From the NCBI RefSeq assembly GCF_000002075.1, contig NW_004797304.1:1040454-1103188 (forward strand): a DNA stretch of 62,735 nt. Reading direction: 5' to 3'. Shown here piece by piece: positions 1-14,286 of this stretch; positions within the stretch are counted from its first letter, which is position 1, and the number at the start of each line of letters is the position of its first letter. Both the position numbers and the translations under genes were made by a program. The notes under the pieces were generated by a model, which did no database searches, had not been told where the DNA came from, and saw only the letters and a list, made by a program, of their open reading frames with translations. This DNA comes from Aplysia californica. Its lineage: Eukaryota.

Positions 1-1403
1 ATTTTTGCACTCAGTCCATATGTTTATTCAATAAGTGGGTTCAATACCATACACAAGAAGTCATCATGTGGATAATAATATAACGCTGAAAGATGGCTTA
101 TCACTGAACAGTCCATGAAAAGTGCAGGTCAGCACATCCCTGACTGGCAAAGATGGCAACAGATGTGCTTCAGGATTTTGCGATGGGTGACCTATCCTGA
201 GGTCACTTTATCTATCTATCTATATATATATATATATATATATCTGACAAGGATAGTCACTCATTTCCTTCTTGTTGTTTCATTTAACTTCTCCAATATC
301 TATTTTCATGGGATCAATTTCAATAAAGCCATACTATATATAGAAGTCAGAAACTGAACCTTCTCTTCAACAGCACATTATTTACGGCTGTCAGTAGTAA
401 CTATGTCTTAGTTGAAATTACAATGACTTCACATGTATGGGAATAAAATCATGACTTCATAAATTTGATTAAAGTGAAGTCTACACAGGAGAAGCATTAG
501 TGAAAACAATCAGGTCATATAAGTGCCGAAGATTAGAGGTGTTACAACAGAGTAACAAACACAAAAAAGAAGTAGAGATAAGGATGACAGATATTTGATA
601 GGAAAGAAGGAGCAAATCACACCACAGCACCCGCCTACTACCCACTGATTGAAAACTGTTGATTGTACACTCTTTTTCTGACAACACGGTAGATAGAAAC
701 CAAAGTCTGTTACCTAGCCACTCATTTTGTTGTTGTTAAATGTAGCTTCTCCACTATCAATTTTCATGTAGAACCAATGGGGTCCAATTTCAATAAAACC
801 ATATTATATTTAGAAATCTTACACCGACCCTTCTCTTCAACAACGCATTATTTACTGCTATCAAACAGAACTATGTCTTAGCTGAGGATTTTCAAAAAGT
901 CTCCCAGCATTCATATGTCTACCATCCAACTACCTAGACCTTAATTAGTTTGAAACTGTCCAAAATGGGTAACCATTGTCGGGGAGAAAAGTGGTAGTCT
1001 TGGACATATGGATATCTTGAACAGTGTCATTATAATCTAGCTTTTACAATGTGAGGGGGGAAAGGGGAAGGGATAGTTTATACAGGTGATCGTCTTAGAC
1101 AAGTGGCCATAAACAGAAGGTCAGACTGTCTTTGGATAACGCAAAGAATCAACATAAAGGGAAAAAAAATGGAAAAGTAAATGTTGATCACACAATGCAC
1201 ATATAATGCAGCAGAAGCCTTTGCCAAAAGAGAGAGGAACAGGCACCAGGATTCAAGCAGACCGGTCAGCTCGGGGAGGGGGGAGGGGGCGCACCACAAA
1301 CGAAAGAGGCATCCGGGGTCTACGGGATGACCAAAACACCCTCAAACTGGAGAAATCTTGGACATATAAACAGTGACAGTACTTTTCTTCCTAGGATGCT
1401 GAC

Positions 1404-1552
1404 CTTCTTCAAAGGGCCGAAGGTCAACCTTGAGCTTGAGGCAAGGGTCAGCAGCACACTGGAAGGCAGCGTCCATGTCCCAGTCAGAGAGCATGGACAG
1501 ATAGACGGCCTGACCCTCCGAGTCCCGGGCCAGATAGCTGATCGTGAAGTCA
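1404..1552 (-). CDS. TBC1D25: TBC1D25 coding exon 3: DFTISYLARDSEGQAVYLSMLSDWDMDAAFQCAADPCLKLKVDLRPFEE(G)
   Basis: CAG acceptor at 1553-1555 and GTCAGC donor at 1398-1403. 149 nt, phase 2 in and phase 1 out, consistent with the preceding exon. 'YLSLLSDWDL..AF..A..P.L.L.VD' is characteristic of TBC1D25. The TBC domain exons lie outside the window to the left. Confidence 0.92.
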
Positions 1553-2368
1553 CTGGGGATGGATACAAAGAGAATCATGCTCTGAATTAAGACAGATATA
1601 TAAAATCAACTGCTTAGTTAAGAGTAAGACTCCGTCATACACTATCTTGAAAAGTGACTATGACGTAGTCTAGCGCTGAGCAGATGATATATACAGTCAA
1701 AATTGTCTAAGAAAGCCACCCAATGTTGAGAAGAAAAGTGCTTTCCTTAGACAGGTGCATGTCTTGGACAGTGTGTTACAAAATCTTTTTAATGCAGAGC
1801 AAGAAGTGGGAATTGGTCATTTGTACAGGTGATACTATTGGTCAGGCAGCCGCTAGAGCACGTTCGCGGGCAGTTTTTTGTTGCTTATTTTAGAGCATCT
1901 TAGGTGGACAAAAGAATAGGTTCAACTGCAGGTTTTTGGCGCTTTTTTTAGAGCATCCAAGTAGAAATGAATTAATGACAAACCATGGTAATGGATGTTC
2001 ATTTCAGATCTGGTATTTAATTTTTTTTTAAAGAAGAAATAATTAATTGACACTTCATTGGAGGTATTGACAGTGTGCTTTAATGAGCTTCTGCAGCACA
2101 AAATAAACACCTTCACATTTTTCCCAACATATTAAGTAGAAGTCTGAAACATTTTTGGAAACAACCCTGCCAACAAAAGTTTTCAGCACAATGTCCACAG
2201 AAGCTGAGACAATACTCATTTCTCCTAAGTTTTATCTGAGACGTTTTGCTGAAACCAAACTACTACTCCCATTATATCACCTCACTGACCCTTATTGGGT
2301 TATGATTACATGTAAGAGACGTGTTAAATACTTTTTGACATGTTCTCAAAAGAACTCTTTCTTCAATA

Positions 2369-2370
<2 letters not shown>

Positions 2371-2439
<69 letters not shown>

Positions 2440-2450
2440 CGCGCGCGTGT
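2371..2450. repeat. (GT)n/(GC)n microsatellite; other (CA)n tracts at ~7272-7309, 27290-27355, 42686-42737, 45438-45502, 46033-46075
   Basis: Directly visible. Confidence 0.95.
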
Positions 2451-2522
2451 GCATTTGTGTATACTTGCATGAATGTGTGTGTGTCTCTGTACAGAAAAAA
2501 AAACCCTGACACTACAGCATAC

Positions 2523-2632
2523 CTGTTGATTTCAAATGCCCTGGCGAGGATGCCTTGTAACATCTCAAAAGATGTGATTTGAGGGTCGATGGAAAACTTT
2601 TTGTACTCAGGCTGCATCTTGCCATCGCACTT
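2523..2632 (-). CDS. TBC1D25: TBC1D25 coding exon 2: KCDGKMQPEYKKFSIDPQITSFEMLQGILARAFEIN(S)
   Basis: Acceptor ctttttcag-type at 2633-2640 (minus strand) and donor GTATGC at 2517-2522. 110 nt, ending in phase 2. 'F.VDPQITS..LQ.IL.RAF' is the conserved TBC1D25 N-terminal signature. Confidence 0.92.
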
Positions 2633-3204
2633 CTGAAAAGGATAAAGAAAGTCAAATTTGTAGCCTTTTTTTCCTTTGGAGGTGTGATGCTCACATTGTG
2701 AATATTGGATTGTGAAGTAGTGCAGGAAAAACTATGTTACGTTAGATTAAAGTGAGGCGAGGCAGGCTAGAATTAAGGTATGATGAGTAGGTGTCTGCAG
2801 GGTAAGATAAAGTGAAAAGAGTGGGATGATGTGGGAAGGATGGGGTGAGGTGAGGTGACATGAAGTGGGTAGGATGGGGGGGGGGGAGAGACGTAGGATG
2901 AGATGAAGAGAGCAGGATGAGGGGAGTAGGATGGGGGGAGGTGAAGTGGTATGAAGGGGGTGGGTATGGGTGAGGTGTGGTGAGATGAAATGGGCAGGAT
3001 GAGGTGAGATGAAGTGGGTAGGATGGGGTGAGGTAAGATGGGGTCAAGTTGGGTAAGATGTCGGGAAGGGATGTGAGACAGAGTTGGGTCTGGTCATGCC
3101 AGGTCAATTCAGGTCATGACATATTACGTCAGGTTAGGTTCTGTCAGGTCATGAAGGATGAGACAAGGTGAAGAGAAGTTGGCTAGATCAGGTTTTTGTT
3201 TTTG

Positions 3205-3705
3205 GTATGAGTCTTACGGCGCTTGTAACTGCATAAAGGTCATATGAGCGCCCGGGACACATTAAACATTTTCAGTTGGCAGACAATTTTGAATTTTGCC
3301 TCGGTGGCAGCCGAAGCCTATTCTTGTTGATTTTAGACCACCAAAAGATCTTTAACTTGCGCAACTTGCACACGGGACCTCCGAATTTTTCGCCCTTGTC
3401 CGAGAAGGCTAGGTGCAGATCTCAGGGTGCGGTTGAAAGACAGCAGTAAGAAGGAGCTAAGGAGTAGCAGGACAGAGGCTGCAGAAAGAGTCAGGAGCCT
3501 TGAGGAGGGGGCTATGGAGGTGAGGGGGTGGGGGCAGAAAGTGGAGATGAAAGCAGACGACAGAACATTGCTAGAGATCAGGAAAGGAAGTTAAAGGAGA
3601 CAATTTTAGAGAGGAAACTTTTTTCAAACACAACCCGGATTCGAACCCGGGATCTTTGAATGAAAGAGAGGCGAAAACCTTAACCTCAAGGCCACGAGAG
3701 CCCCT
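3205..3705 (-). mobile_element. tRNA-derived SINE, family A (Deu/Nin-like central domain)
   Basis: B-box GGTTCGAATCC on the minus strand at ~3637-3648, central 'ggtcccgtgtgcaagttgcgcaagttaaaga', 3' tail 'catatgacctttatgcagttacaagcgccgtaagactc'. Homologous to 42010-42530, 47035-47550 and 62215-62545. Confidence 0.8.
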
Positions 3706-6700
3706 AGGCCAGTTATGGAAGAGTGGAATGGAGCAGCGTTTCTTTAAGTTTTAGTAACACTTTTACAGCCACTTGCATCACAATTAAGTCACATAGGTGT
3801 TGAGTTTGGGTAAAGTGAAGAACATTGACCAAATAACGGTCATATAATGCAGAGAAGAATCAAGACAGAAGCAACAGAGGGAAAGAAAAGAATAGGGATC
3901 TACCAGTAGCACTTTCCAAGAACCAGGTAAGTGCTGAGGAATAAAGTTGTTACAAGAGAGTAATCAACAAACAAACAAAAAAGAAAAAGAAAAAAAAAAG
4001 AAGCGGCAGCGATTAAGATGATAGATGTTTGATGGGAAAGATGGAGTAAACCACACCAGAGCGCCCACCAACCACCCTCATGGAGCAGGGTGGTGGGTAT
4101 AAGATTTGGGGGGACGGGAGAGGCATGAAAAGGGGTGAAGTTGAGTGGGATGGGTGACGTGAAAAGGTATGACAGGTTGAAGCAAAATGACATGGGCAGT
4201 GAGGCTAGGTGGGCGAGCTGAGGTGAGGTGAGGTGAGAAAAGCATGACGTGACAGGAAGGAAAGTGATTAGGGATAAATTTCAGTTGTCTGTGGACTGAG
4301 AGATGAAGACACAAGTAAAGGTTAAGTAATAAATATGACGTAAGGCATGTATGTCTCCTCTCGGCTAATCTTTTTCAGCAAAAAACAGTCTCCTCCTACT
4401 CCAACCCTTTTATCGTAATGTCAGTTTTACTCAAATAAGGACAATGCATGTTGTTCATCTCTAAAAAAAAAATATTTTAAAAAGCTTATAAAAGGGTTTT
4501 AAAAGAAAGGGTGAAGGTCACACCAAAGCCAAAGTGTAAAAGTCCACCCTTGTCCCAAATACGCATACTACGTTTCTAGGTCATCACCGAGACCGAAAAA
4601 CAAGGGTTCATTAACACTTTGCACCCAGCATCAGATACCAGGGCAACAAAGGAGGGAACAAACATGTTTCACTACACTGTCAGGCAAATGACTTCATATC
4701 TGATGACCTGTCACTTTACTGGCTAACCTTGACCGTGTCCTAGTGAAATTATCAACGCAACGTAAATTCACAAGTGGGGCTGAAGATAAGCTTTACAAAG
4801 GCGAGCGAGACCGTTGTACCGTACTTTGCGAAAAAGCATCCATCTCCGATAGATCAGAGCCAAAATGGGGGGGGGGGGGGGGGACTCGTAAAGTACCTTT
4901 CTTTCAAAGGAAACAACGTCAGACTGAGCTGAGTCCCCAACCCACAACCTCAAGATTTCAAGTCCCGTGGCGCCCTAAACCACTAGACTTACCTAGAGTA
5001 CCGACGCCACGCCTTGGTAGTACTTTTAGTTGATCAGTTAGCGCAGAAAACTAGATCTAATAGGAAACTGTCGAGCATAAGTTTTAAGTTCCTTTCGTCA
5101 CAGTATTTTATTTGTTCGTGTAAAGAGAAGCACATCGACACATTTAGTGATCATTAAGTGCTGGGAAAGAGTAAGACAGACAGAAACATCAGAAGGAAAG
5201 TAAGGAAGTAGGATCTTCTCAGTCTAGTAGCGCGCTCCAACCACCCGCTTCGTCACAGCAGAGGTTATAAATGAAACAAAGCTTTCCAACGTGAGTCCAC
5301 AAATAGAACAGAATGGAACACTCCAAAGCGATGAAAAAAATCAACAATTTCTGTTACAATATTTGTTAAAATGATGCTGCAGCACATATAATCTACGTAC
5401 CGACAATCATTTGTATACGATTTGGGGAATAAAAAACTCCAAAAGTTGGAAACATTACACAAATATTATTTGAGTCAATGTGGAAGAAGTAGAAGTAGCA
5501 AACGACAACCCATCAGCACACAAGTCATGAGCCTGAAAAGCTAAGACGCCCAGAAGTAGGGGAGGTCAACGGACAGGATTATAAAAGATCAGCCGAGAAC
5601 ACACTATAAATCTTTTACGACTCCAGCGACACAGTTTAGATCATTTCGGGAGAACAGCTGCTTCCATCCTGCTTGCCAACCCGAACCGAGCGGGATACAG
5701 CATCCAAAAAGACGGAGATGCTTGATAATATTAACTTCCTCACAATTCTAATGCGCGTAACGGCGAAGCACGAGTACGAAGAACCTATCCATTACACGAC
5801 AAACGTCAGGAGAGGGAGACAGAGGAGAAGGGGGATGAGGGGGAGTGGAGGTAGTGGTAGTAGGTAATAGGTACACTTCACTTTATTAACCTGCCTTTGA
5901 CAATGAATGTAGGCTATGGCTATAGCCCTTTTGATAAACTTGTCCACACATCAATGCAAACTATTAATATTATTGTACATCAAATTTTATCGAGGCGTCC
6001 TAAACTAGCATCGTTGTGCCTTTCTTCTAGTTTTCTGCTGTCCTCGGGAACAGAGATACTGCCTAATTAACAGAGTCAACAAATCAGTTCCCAACAACGG
6101 TAGTCTACTTCTAACAAACGTCTACTCAATAATAGTGTTGAAATGTAGATGTAGACACAATTTAGATCATTTAGAAGGCAGCTTACGACCCTGCCTGTAA
6201 GGGCCAACCAGGACAGAGAGGTATTACAACAGCAACGGTACCGGCACGCTAATAGTGCTCGAATAAGGCACTCAAACTTAACCAACATCAGCACACCACC
6301 CATTTAACGCGAGGCTTACTCATTCATAATATTCAAGCTTCGCAGTAAAAATATTGATTTCTTACAAGTTGACCCTCTCGAATGTGGCAAATGCGGTAAG
6401 TAGTTTTTTAAAAATGCACAGTTCGGACCAACAATTAAAACATTTGCCACCTGTCGCTTCAGGCAAAAAACTACTCAAGCTTCAATGTGTTTCAATCGCA
6501 AAACTAAATCACTTCAAGAAGTTAATAAAAGCAAGGGGAAAGACATGATGTATACAATATACTTTGAAGTTATCCTGTGTGACTAGCTGACAGTTGCCTT
6601 GCCATTCACGATCCAGCTTGTCAATCAGAACGAAACCCAAAGCTCAATTATTTTTATAAATATATCGGTAATAAAAATATCTATATCACACATGCACCTT

Positions 6701-7270
6701 AATTAATCCCTGCGAGAGCTGGGGGGGGGGGGGGGAGTAATATGGCATATATATAGCAGGCAATAATCCTGAAACATCACAGGCGAGGCCACACAAAGAC
6801 AGACAATCAGACGCCACTGTTGCCAAAGTACATCGCCCTATTTTAATTCTTTTTTTTAAGCTACAGTTATCATATTTTGTTCAAGGACACCCCACAAAGA
6901 CCACCCATCTAAATGATGTGTCACTGGCGTATGCTTGAAATTGCTGTAAGTCTGAGCTCTCTAACCACCAGGCCACTTAATCTGGAAAGAAGACATCTAC
7001 GCTATTCGGTTCAACTATGTAAAACATGTGAAGAATTTTTACACCTATGAAACTTTATCTGTTTAGTCTGGGTGACAACTGTGCACCTCGGACTTAAAAA
7101 AAACAAAACAAACCCAGATCATTAATTTGACACACGGTCAAGTATTGGCGATAGAAGCGAACTATTAGCGTTCAACTGATGTCATTGTAGGGCTCACAAC
7201 TAGGCTGCAATTAGATAAAATAAGATAAATCTTTATTGTCCAGACTCTGCCACATAGTTTTCGTGTTTCA

Positions 7271-7309
<39 letters not shown>

Positions 7310-8427
7310 NNNNNNNNNNNNNNNNNNNNNNNNNNNNNNNNNNNNNNNNNNNNNNNNNNNNNNNNNNNNNNNNNNNNNNNNNNNNNNNNNNNNNNNNNNN
7401 NNNNNNNNNNNNNNNNTATATAACACAATTATTATTTAAGGGAAACAAATTAATGTTGAAACAAGATCAGCATTTGGGCAATCACGACCTAAGGACAAAG
7501 AAAGTATAAGATGCGTAGTCGGATGCAACAACTTTTGTCAGACTTTTAAGCCTATCATATGACCGATCAGTCAGAGGCATAGAGGCTGATAACGGGATAC
7601 TACACTACATTGAGTTCAGTGACTCTGCAGCGTCGCCAGAGTGACGGATCAGAACAGATAATAATTGTTACAAGTGTAATTTCATGGGGGAAACATAAGA
7701 CCTCTACTATCGTGAATAATCTCACGAAGGTGGATCACCTCATTGCATAAGCCGTTCCCCATTTTCAGATTATATATCGTAGCGTCACCATCACATGAAA
7801 TCAGATGACACTAGCTGAAGTATAACGATATTTCTTTATTTGTATATCATTATATACACAAGTGTGTCATTGAAATAAATAAAAGCATTCATAATATTAT
7901 AAGAAAAAGTGTCGTTTGTTCATGAGTACCAAACGCAACATTATAATCTTCGCAGTTCTTGGATCGCACATCAATGATTTGACAGTCTAGTGACGACAAA
8001 ATGTTTGATTCTTAAGTAAATATTCATAATAATCCCAAAAAGAATTCGGCGGTGGTTTCTCATGTCAAATCAAAGTACATGCAAATGCACATGAATTACG
8101 TCCGTATTTGCCAGCAGAAAATAAGTGGACGGTCTTAGAAGATTTACCTACGGATTTAATTTTTAGTCTGTCACAATTTGTTTTTTTTGTTTTTTAACTT
8201 AACCTTTCCTAGCTTTTTAGTTCTATTTAATATTTATGTAGCAGCAAATCAGTGCTTTCGCATAACTTGTCACGAAATCACCAGTAGGCATATATATTTC
8301 TTTATGCCAATAAACAGTTTTGTTTAGCAACTTCACAACGGCGCATGGCAATCAAAATAAAAGGACCGATACAGGGCTTTTCCCCAATGCTGCTAGTTCT
8401 GCTAACGGAGGTTTACATGTTTTCTTA

Positions 8428-8800
8428 GGTGGCGTCTGTGGTCAAACGGTTCGGCAGTCGAGCTCGCAACCGTGAGGTTTTGGGTTCGAACCCTGTCAGG
8501 GGCCCGACGTTGTGTTCTTGGGAAGAGCACTGACTTGCTTTACACGAATTTTCCTCACTTTACCCAGATGGGGATGGGGGTACCCGTCTATAGACAGCGA
8601 AAGATCTTGTCAGTTCGTTAGTGTTTGAGTGATTAATCTGCTGCTTGCAATTTGTGCTTCTCGGGAACCCTAGAATGTTTCCGAATGTTTTAGTGTCTGC
8701 TGGGAGTAATAATATAGATTGTAAAGCGCATAAAGCTTACTGTAGGATGGGGAAATCCGAAATGCGCTATACAAATGCTATTTATTATTTATTCATTATT
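8428..8800 (+). mobile_element. tRNA-derived SINE with CORE/Meta-type central block and L2-like 3' tail
   Basis: A-box-like 'gtggtcaaacgg', B-box 'ggttcgaaccc', 'tgtgttcttgggaagagcact...cctcactttacccag...gggtaccc', and tail 'tgtaaagcgc...gcgctatacaaatgc' + (tat)n. Confidence 0.72.
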
Positions 8801-9929
8801 GGACAGCTGATCATGAGAATTGGACACGCCGACGGCCCGACAGTGCCCGACACTGTTGAACCTCAGCGCCTTATATGACGTCGGGGTTACGCAGGGGTCA
8901 TGAGCTCGCATTCGCTGCTCTGGCTGCTGACTTAGCTTTAGGTCGATTACTTTACAACTTCTATTGAGACTTAAAAAGAAAAAAATCAACAAAAAACGAA
9001 CTTCTCAGAGTCAGGCAAGGACCTTCAACAACCTCCTTGGTGTAAAGTCATTTAGTTAGAAACCCTCGAAATTCGTAATTCCCGAATTATGATTTGTTTG
9101 GACAAGCATGATTTAAATCGAAATCAATTTTTTTTAAAAATAATATAGGGACTATAAATAAAAACAGACTCAACAAATATTGCTGAGCTTTTGGTACATA
9201 CATAAACAACACAACATTGGGGTAATTATTTACAGCAAGGCATTCTGCTTACATCATGATGTTTACAATGTGCTGTCAATTATTTTTGATAGACTGTAAT
9301 TTCTTCAACTACATCGTTGTTTGCCTCCTACTGCAATTACATTTTTTGGGGTTAAAATGACACTATGATCTCTCTTCACAGACATACAGTTCTGTTGTAC
9401 TGCCAGAACACCGGCAGCGGCGCCAGTAGTCTAGCTTAAGCTGACGGACCTGTAATCATAAGAAAGTGGGTTCCGGGGTTCAAAGCTCAACTCAAGAAAT
9501 ACAACTGCTCATGATATATCTTTACAGTTTTGTTGTTTTTACAGTCGCTTCTTTCTTTTGATTCATGGGCACATGCAACGCATTTTAAAATTATTTTTGT
9601 TGTTGCTCGGTGTTCTACAGTAAACCAAGCACCAGCACTGAATATGTTTTCCAAAAAAAATGCAAATGCGTGGTTTTAATATTTGAATTCTCTTTAAGAT
9701 TTAAGATTTCTCAAGGGAAAAGTTATGATTATATTCAGTTTAAGACAGACAACTATACTAATACAGCAATAACTATACAGCCAAAGATTTTAAAAAATAA
9801 TCATCTAAGAAAAATGTATTCAACAGATAAAATAATACAAACATTTAAATGACTCATTCGATTTTAATTAAAAAGCACGAAAGAACTGCTGTGGGACCCT
9901 TGCATCTTTGGAAAATCTGTACACAAAAT

Positions 9930-11578
9930 TACAATTACTTCCTGCACTGGTGAAGTGGTCAGTCAAAACAAGTTTACAAAATCATCAAAAAAATGTTTCA
10001 GTACTTGAATTACTTGAATGGAGAACTGGGGTCTTAGTTCCGAAGACGGGGTGCTCCATGCTTTCTCGCCCCTCTTCATGAGGGTCTATTTCAGTGTGGG
10101 CAGGCTGATTGTCTCCATCATCAGCTGGTTGTTGTAGCGTCTGATGGGGTCACGCAGCCTGCTCTTCTGACCTTCATCAAGCTGCACGCCTTTCGCAATC
10201 ACAACTAACTACCTTCGTGAAGGAGTCCTCGTCACGGCTGCTTGCTAGGTTTTCTCGGACAAGGGCTACTACAGTTGGAGGGTCAAGGGTAAGCACTCCC
10301 TCTATGTTTGCGGAGCCTGCTAGCTAATCTTCTCTTTCATATCCCTTGACACCAGCATGTCCTGGGCAGAAGATCCACAGCAAGCGTCTGATTTTGCTGT
10401 CTTGGGTTGTCTTAAACCAATCTGCAAAGAGGCTGCCGGTCAAGATCTCAGTGAGTCTGTAACAAAGGTAGCCTGTTGGTATCCATTTGTGCAAAGCCAT
10501 TCCAGAGCCTCAGTGATGGCATTAATCTCCATGCATATGATGCTTGATGTACTGAGGCCCGTTGCCCCAGATGCCTCCTGGACTGTTACTCCTTGGCAAG
10601 AAGCTGTGTAAGCCCAGCCCGATTTGATCCCACACTGAACTGAGCCATCAGCGAAGATAATGGTTTCATCCTCTGTGCGGTTCTCTTCAATTAGAGTCTG
10701 GATTTCCGCATGTGTTGCTCCTTCAGGCCATTCACGATATTCACGCCCTAATGTACCAATCACCTGAGTGAATATGTCTTTCACGTAGTGCGCAAGCTGT
10801 ACCCATCTGTACTCGTCTGATTGACCCCACAGTGAGACCACACTCTTCAATGGTCTTCACTGCCTGGGTCATCAACTCCGTTCCCCGTTTAAGTCTTGGG
10901 TTAGTCTGACGACCTACTTTGTCACGAAGAGGATTATGTGGATCTGCGAGGACTTTCAGATAAGCTTTGACCTGTGCGAGCTTTGTCTTTCGTTCATGCC
11001 GGGTAGGCCTAGCACATATCACATTGCAGCAGCTGAGGTATCTTTTGTGCAACCGAGTATGGCTCTCATTCCTTCGTTCTGGATCACGTCCAGCCTTGTA
11101 AGTTGCGTCTTGGACAGAGTCAGCAGACCAAAACCATAATCTACCTGAGACAAAACATGCATGTCAAAGAGCAAGACCAAATTTCTCTGCCGCATCCAGT
11201 TTCTCGCCATCACCTTCACTGAATTCAGCCCTTTTCTGGCCTTTGTGACGATTTTCGATATGTGCACCACTCAAAATCCTGTCCAAACACTATTCCAAGG
11301 AAGCGCAGTGTTTCTTCTCTTTGGATTGTCTGGCCTTTGATGTAGACATCTGGCATCTGGGCTTTCACTGCTTGATTTCCTGGAGGGATTTTGCCTTTAT
11401 TTGCTTCACACCATGCTCCAATCCTATTAAGCTCTTTCTGTATACTGCTGGTAATCATTTGTCTGTCTTTCCCTGTGCGGTATGCGAGACCGTCATCCGC
11501 AAAGCTTAGTGTCCCGCCAGGGCCTTCCAATTGGCTAGAAGTGATTCCTACTGTATACATGTTGAACAAAACAGTTTC
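9930..11578 (-). mobile_element. 5'-truncated, frameshifted non-LTR retrotransposon (LINE) with RT C-terminal half and RNase H (I/Nimb/Ingi-like group)
   Basis: Broken ORFs carry 'VLFNMYT...SFADD' and 'LRFLGIVF' (RT), 'RLDVIQNEGMRAILGC', and the RNase H motifs 'IIFADGSV', 'MEINAITEALEWL', 'TFVTDS' and 'WIFCPGHAG' (~10352-10378). Multiple frameshifts. Located in a TBC1D25 intron. Confidence 0.88.
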
Positions 11579-13670
11579 AGTGAGAGTTGTTAATTGGGTG
11601 GTCAGTGATTGGGGTGTCTTCAAAAAGAGTAGCATGCTATGGTTGTAAAATGAGTACTCTGTTTCATGAAAAAATTTGATGTTAATGAGAAATAACGGGG
11701 GCTCTCACAGTTTAGAGGTACGGTGTTCGAATTTCATTCAGTATGTCTTAAAAAGTTCAAATAATTTGACAGCGACAAAAACATTTCTTCTCTAAAATAT
11801 TCTCCTTTCTCCTCCTTTCCGGTTCTTTAGTCCTGTTCTGTCATCTGCTTTCATCTCCACTCCCCCCCCCCCCCCATCCAAGCAGCCTCGGCCTCCTCTG
11901 ATCTCTTTTCCCCTCTACTCTTGACTCTTTTCACTGTTCTCCTGGTTCTTTCTTACCAATGAATTTCAGCCACACCCCTGATCTTAGGGTGCATAAGATC
12001 TATCCTCTAACCCTACAAAATAGAAAAAACTGTCACACGTACATCGTGTAAAAATCAGTTTCAATGCAGGTTGAAGAACCTCTCAGACAGAAGGAGAAAT
12101 CAAAGAAGAAGAGAAGTGAGAAATAAAAGCTGCTGGTGGGAAATGTACAGTTTTGTTTTCTTTCCTTATCCAGCACACACACATGTGAATTAACCCACTT
12201 CAATATTGTGACAAGAGGAACACAGTCCGCAACAAAGTGTTCATTTCACTATCAGCTGGCATACACAGGGTCTTCTTCAATCATTGGCCTTACGCTACTG
12301 ACATTCTAAACCACTTCAATCAAGAAAGTGCATCAAAAACCTAAACTCAAATACTGGACAAAACGAAAGTGCTGAAAATGCACAAAATTGAGACAGACAA
12401 ATAAATGTGTCACGACGCAGTGGAATCAGGCGCTCATCAACTTTTTGGCATATAGAGGTATTGGAGTACCGTCTTAAAGCTTGTTCATTTGTCTTGCATT
12501 CCATGAAAAAATTACCGATCTAGCTTCCATAGAAGATGAGATATTTCAGATTGATGGAAGTGGGGGTCACCTGGTTTCAGGGGTAAAATTAGTGAGAAAA
12601 TTGCCACCAAAGTTTGGTGATTTCCAAGGCTTGAGAGTCCTCGGTAACTCTGTAAATTTACATTTTTGTGTGCTTTAACCATTGTTTTTTCAGTAAAATC
12701 CATACAGCAATGTTTTTTTGAATAGATAAAAGGTGTTGACTTAAAAATAAAAAATTCTATTAAAATTGCCAAACGGGAGAAGAATGTCATAATTTTCTTT
12801 TATTTCATTATTTTGACGAGCGCCCAATTCCATCACGATACCGCACATGCATTTCGCAGGTTGGGAAAATTAAGTGTACCTTCGTGCAACATTGATTAAT
12901 ATTTTTTTCAAGACGACTGGTAATAAACTAAGACACACACATGTCTCGAATTCGTCGGGACTCGCCTCGGTAGTTCGAGGGATCAATAGTTCGAGGGACA
13001 CAAGAACAGTATTACAGCATCGGCTGTGTCAGAGAATCAAGGGAAGCAATCAAGATTGCTACTTTAGGAGCAAAACAATATATCGTGTGATGCACAATCC
13101 TTCCTCTCGCCGGTTCCACATAAGCCTAGGTGGGCCTAGGGCCTAGGCACGTGTGTTGAGCAGCGCGCTAAATAAAATAAATAGAACAGCTAGTTGTTTC
13201 TGTTGAGGGAGGAAGGTGGCATTTTACCGACTTAGCCTTTAAAAAATTTTTTAATTTTTATTTTGTCTCAAGTGCAACTCAAAAGGCATTGACTTTAGAC
13301 CTCTACGGCGGCGTAATTAGTTTGACTATTTCCTGTAAAAGAGTTTGTGTTCGAACTTCGTGAAATTTTCATACGAAGGTAAAGAAGAAAAAAAAACGGG
13401 ACTGCAGGCACAGTTCGACAGATCAGATCGTGATTTCAAGTCTTTTGTGTTCTACCTATCCGTGTACTGTACACTGATTAAAAGGTAGATCACTTGCCTC
13501 AATTTATCATGTCCGCAGACCATCATAATTAAATCACAATGCCCTCCTGATAAACTACTTAACAGACAACTACAGAAACAAAACACCAATCAGCATCTCT
13601 GACCTTTAAAACACCCCTCCAGTCCCAAGTGCCATGGAATAGGACTATTAGTAATTTATCAAACAAGAAA

Positions 13671-14181
13671 TGCAGTGAGTATGTTCACGGCACTGCGAAC
13701 GTAGTTTGCAGGCTACATTCAGGGCGCCCAGAATCATCCACCATTAGCACAGGGGCACGACATGAATGCTACGGTTGCTAAAAGTGAATATGAGGAAACA
13801 GCACAGAAATACTCGTGTAAGCAGCCATAGTCCGCATGTAACAGAGTTTAAGCAGGGCGAAGGCAGGCGCAGCAAAACAGCTGTGGTCGACAAGGCCTCA
13901 CTTGTTCAGCATGCGGAACACGACTTCGATTTTTTTCCAGTGTGCGGACCCGGCAACACTCGACAATTTTTGAAAATAAAAGTCGTTCGAAGAAACAAGG
14001 GAGAATGGAAGAGGGCAAGGCGGGAAGAGGGGTGGGAAGGTGTGAAAAATAGAAGCTCAAAAGGGAAAAAGGTAGGGGATGGAGTGAGCAAGTCTTAAAT
14101 TGCAAACAACATTCAGGGCGCCATGAATCGTGAATGTAGTCTGCAAACTACGTTCATGGCACCGTGAATGTAGTCACTGCA
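13671..14181. mobile_element. Non-autonomous DNA transposon with 9-bp TSD (Mutator-like MITE)
   Basis: Imperfect ~50-bp TIRs (tgcagtgagtatgttcacggcac... / ...gcaccgtgaatgtagtcactgca) flanked by a perfect AACAAGAAA at 13662-13670 and 14182-14190. Confidence 0.75.
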
Positions 14182-14286
14182 AACAAGAAAACAGTGGGTT
14201 TTTTTGCTCCCAAAATGACAGTACAATCTTATGACATAACTTTATGATGATCTACAAAGGACTCTAAATCTTGAGGGGTAACTTAC

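Noticed and set aside
2742-3190. Pro/His-rich ORF
   Set aside because: Degenerate (GTGAG/GGATG)n pentamer microsatellite within an intron.
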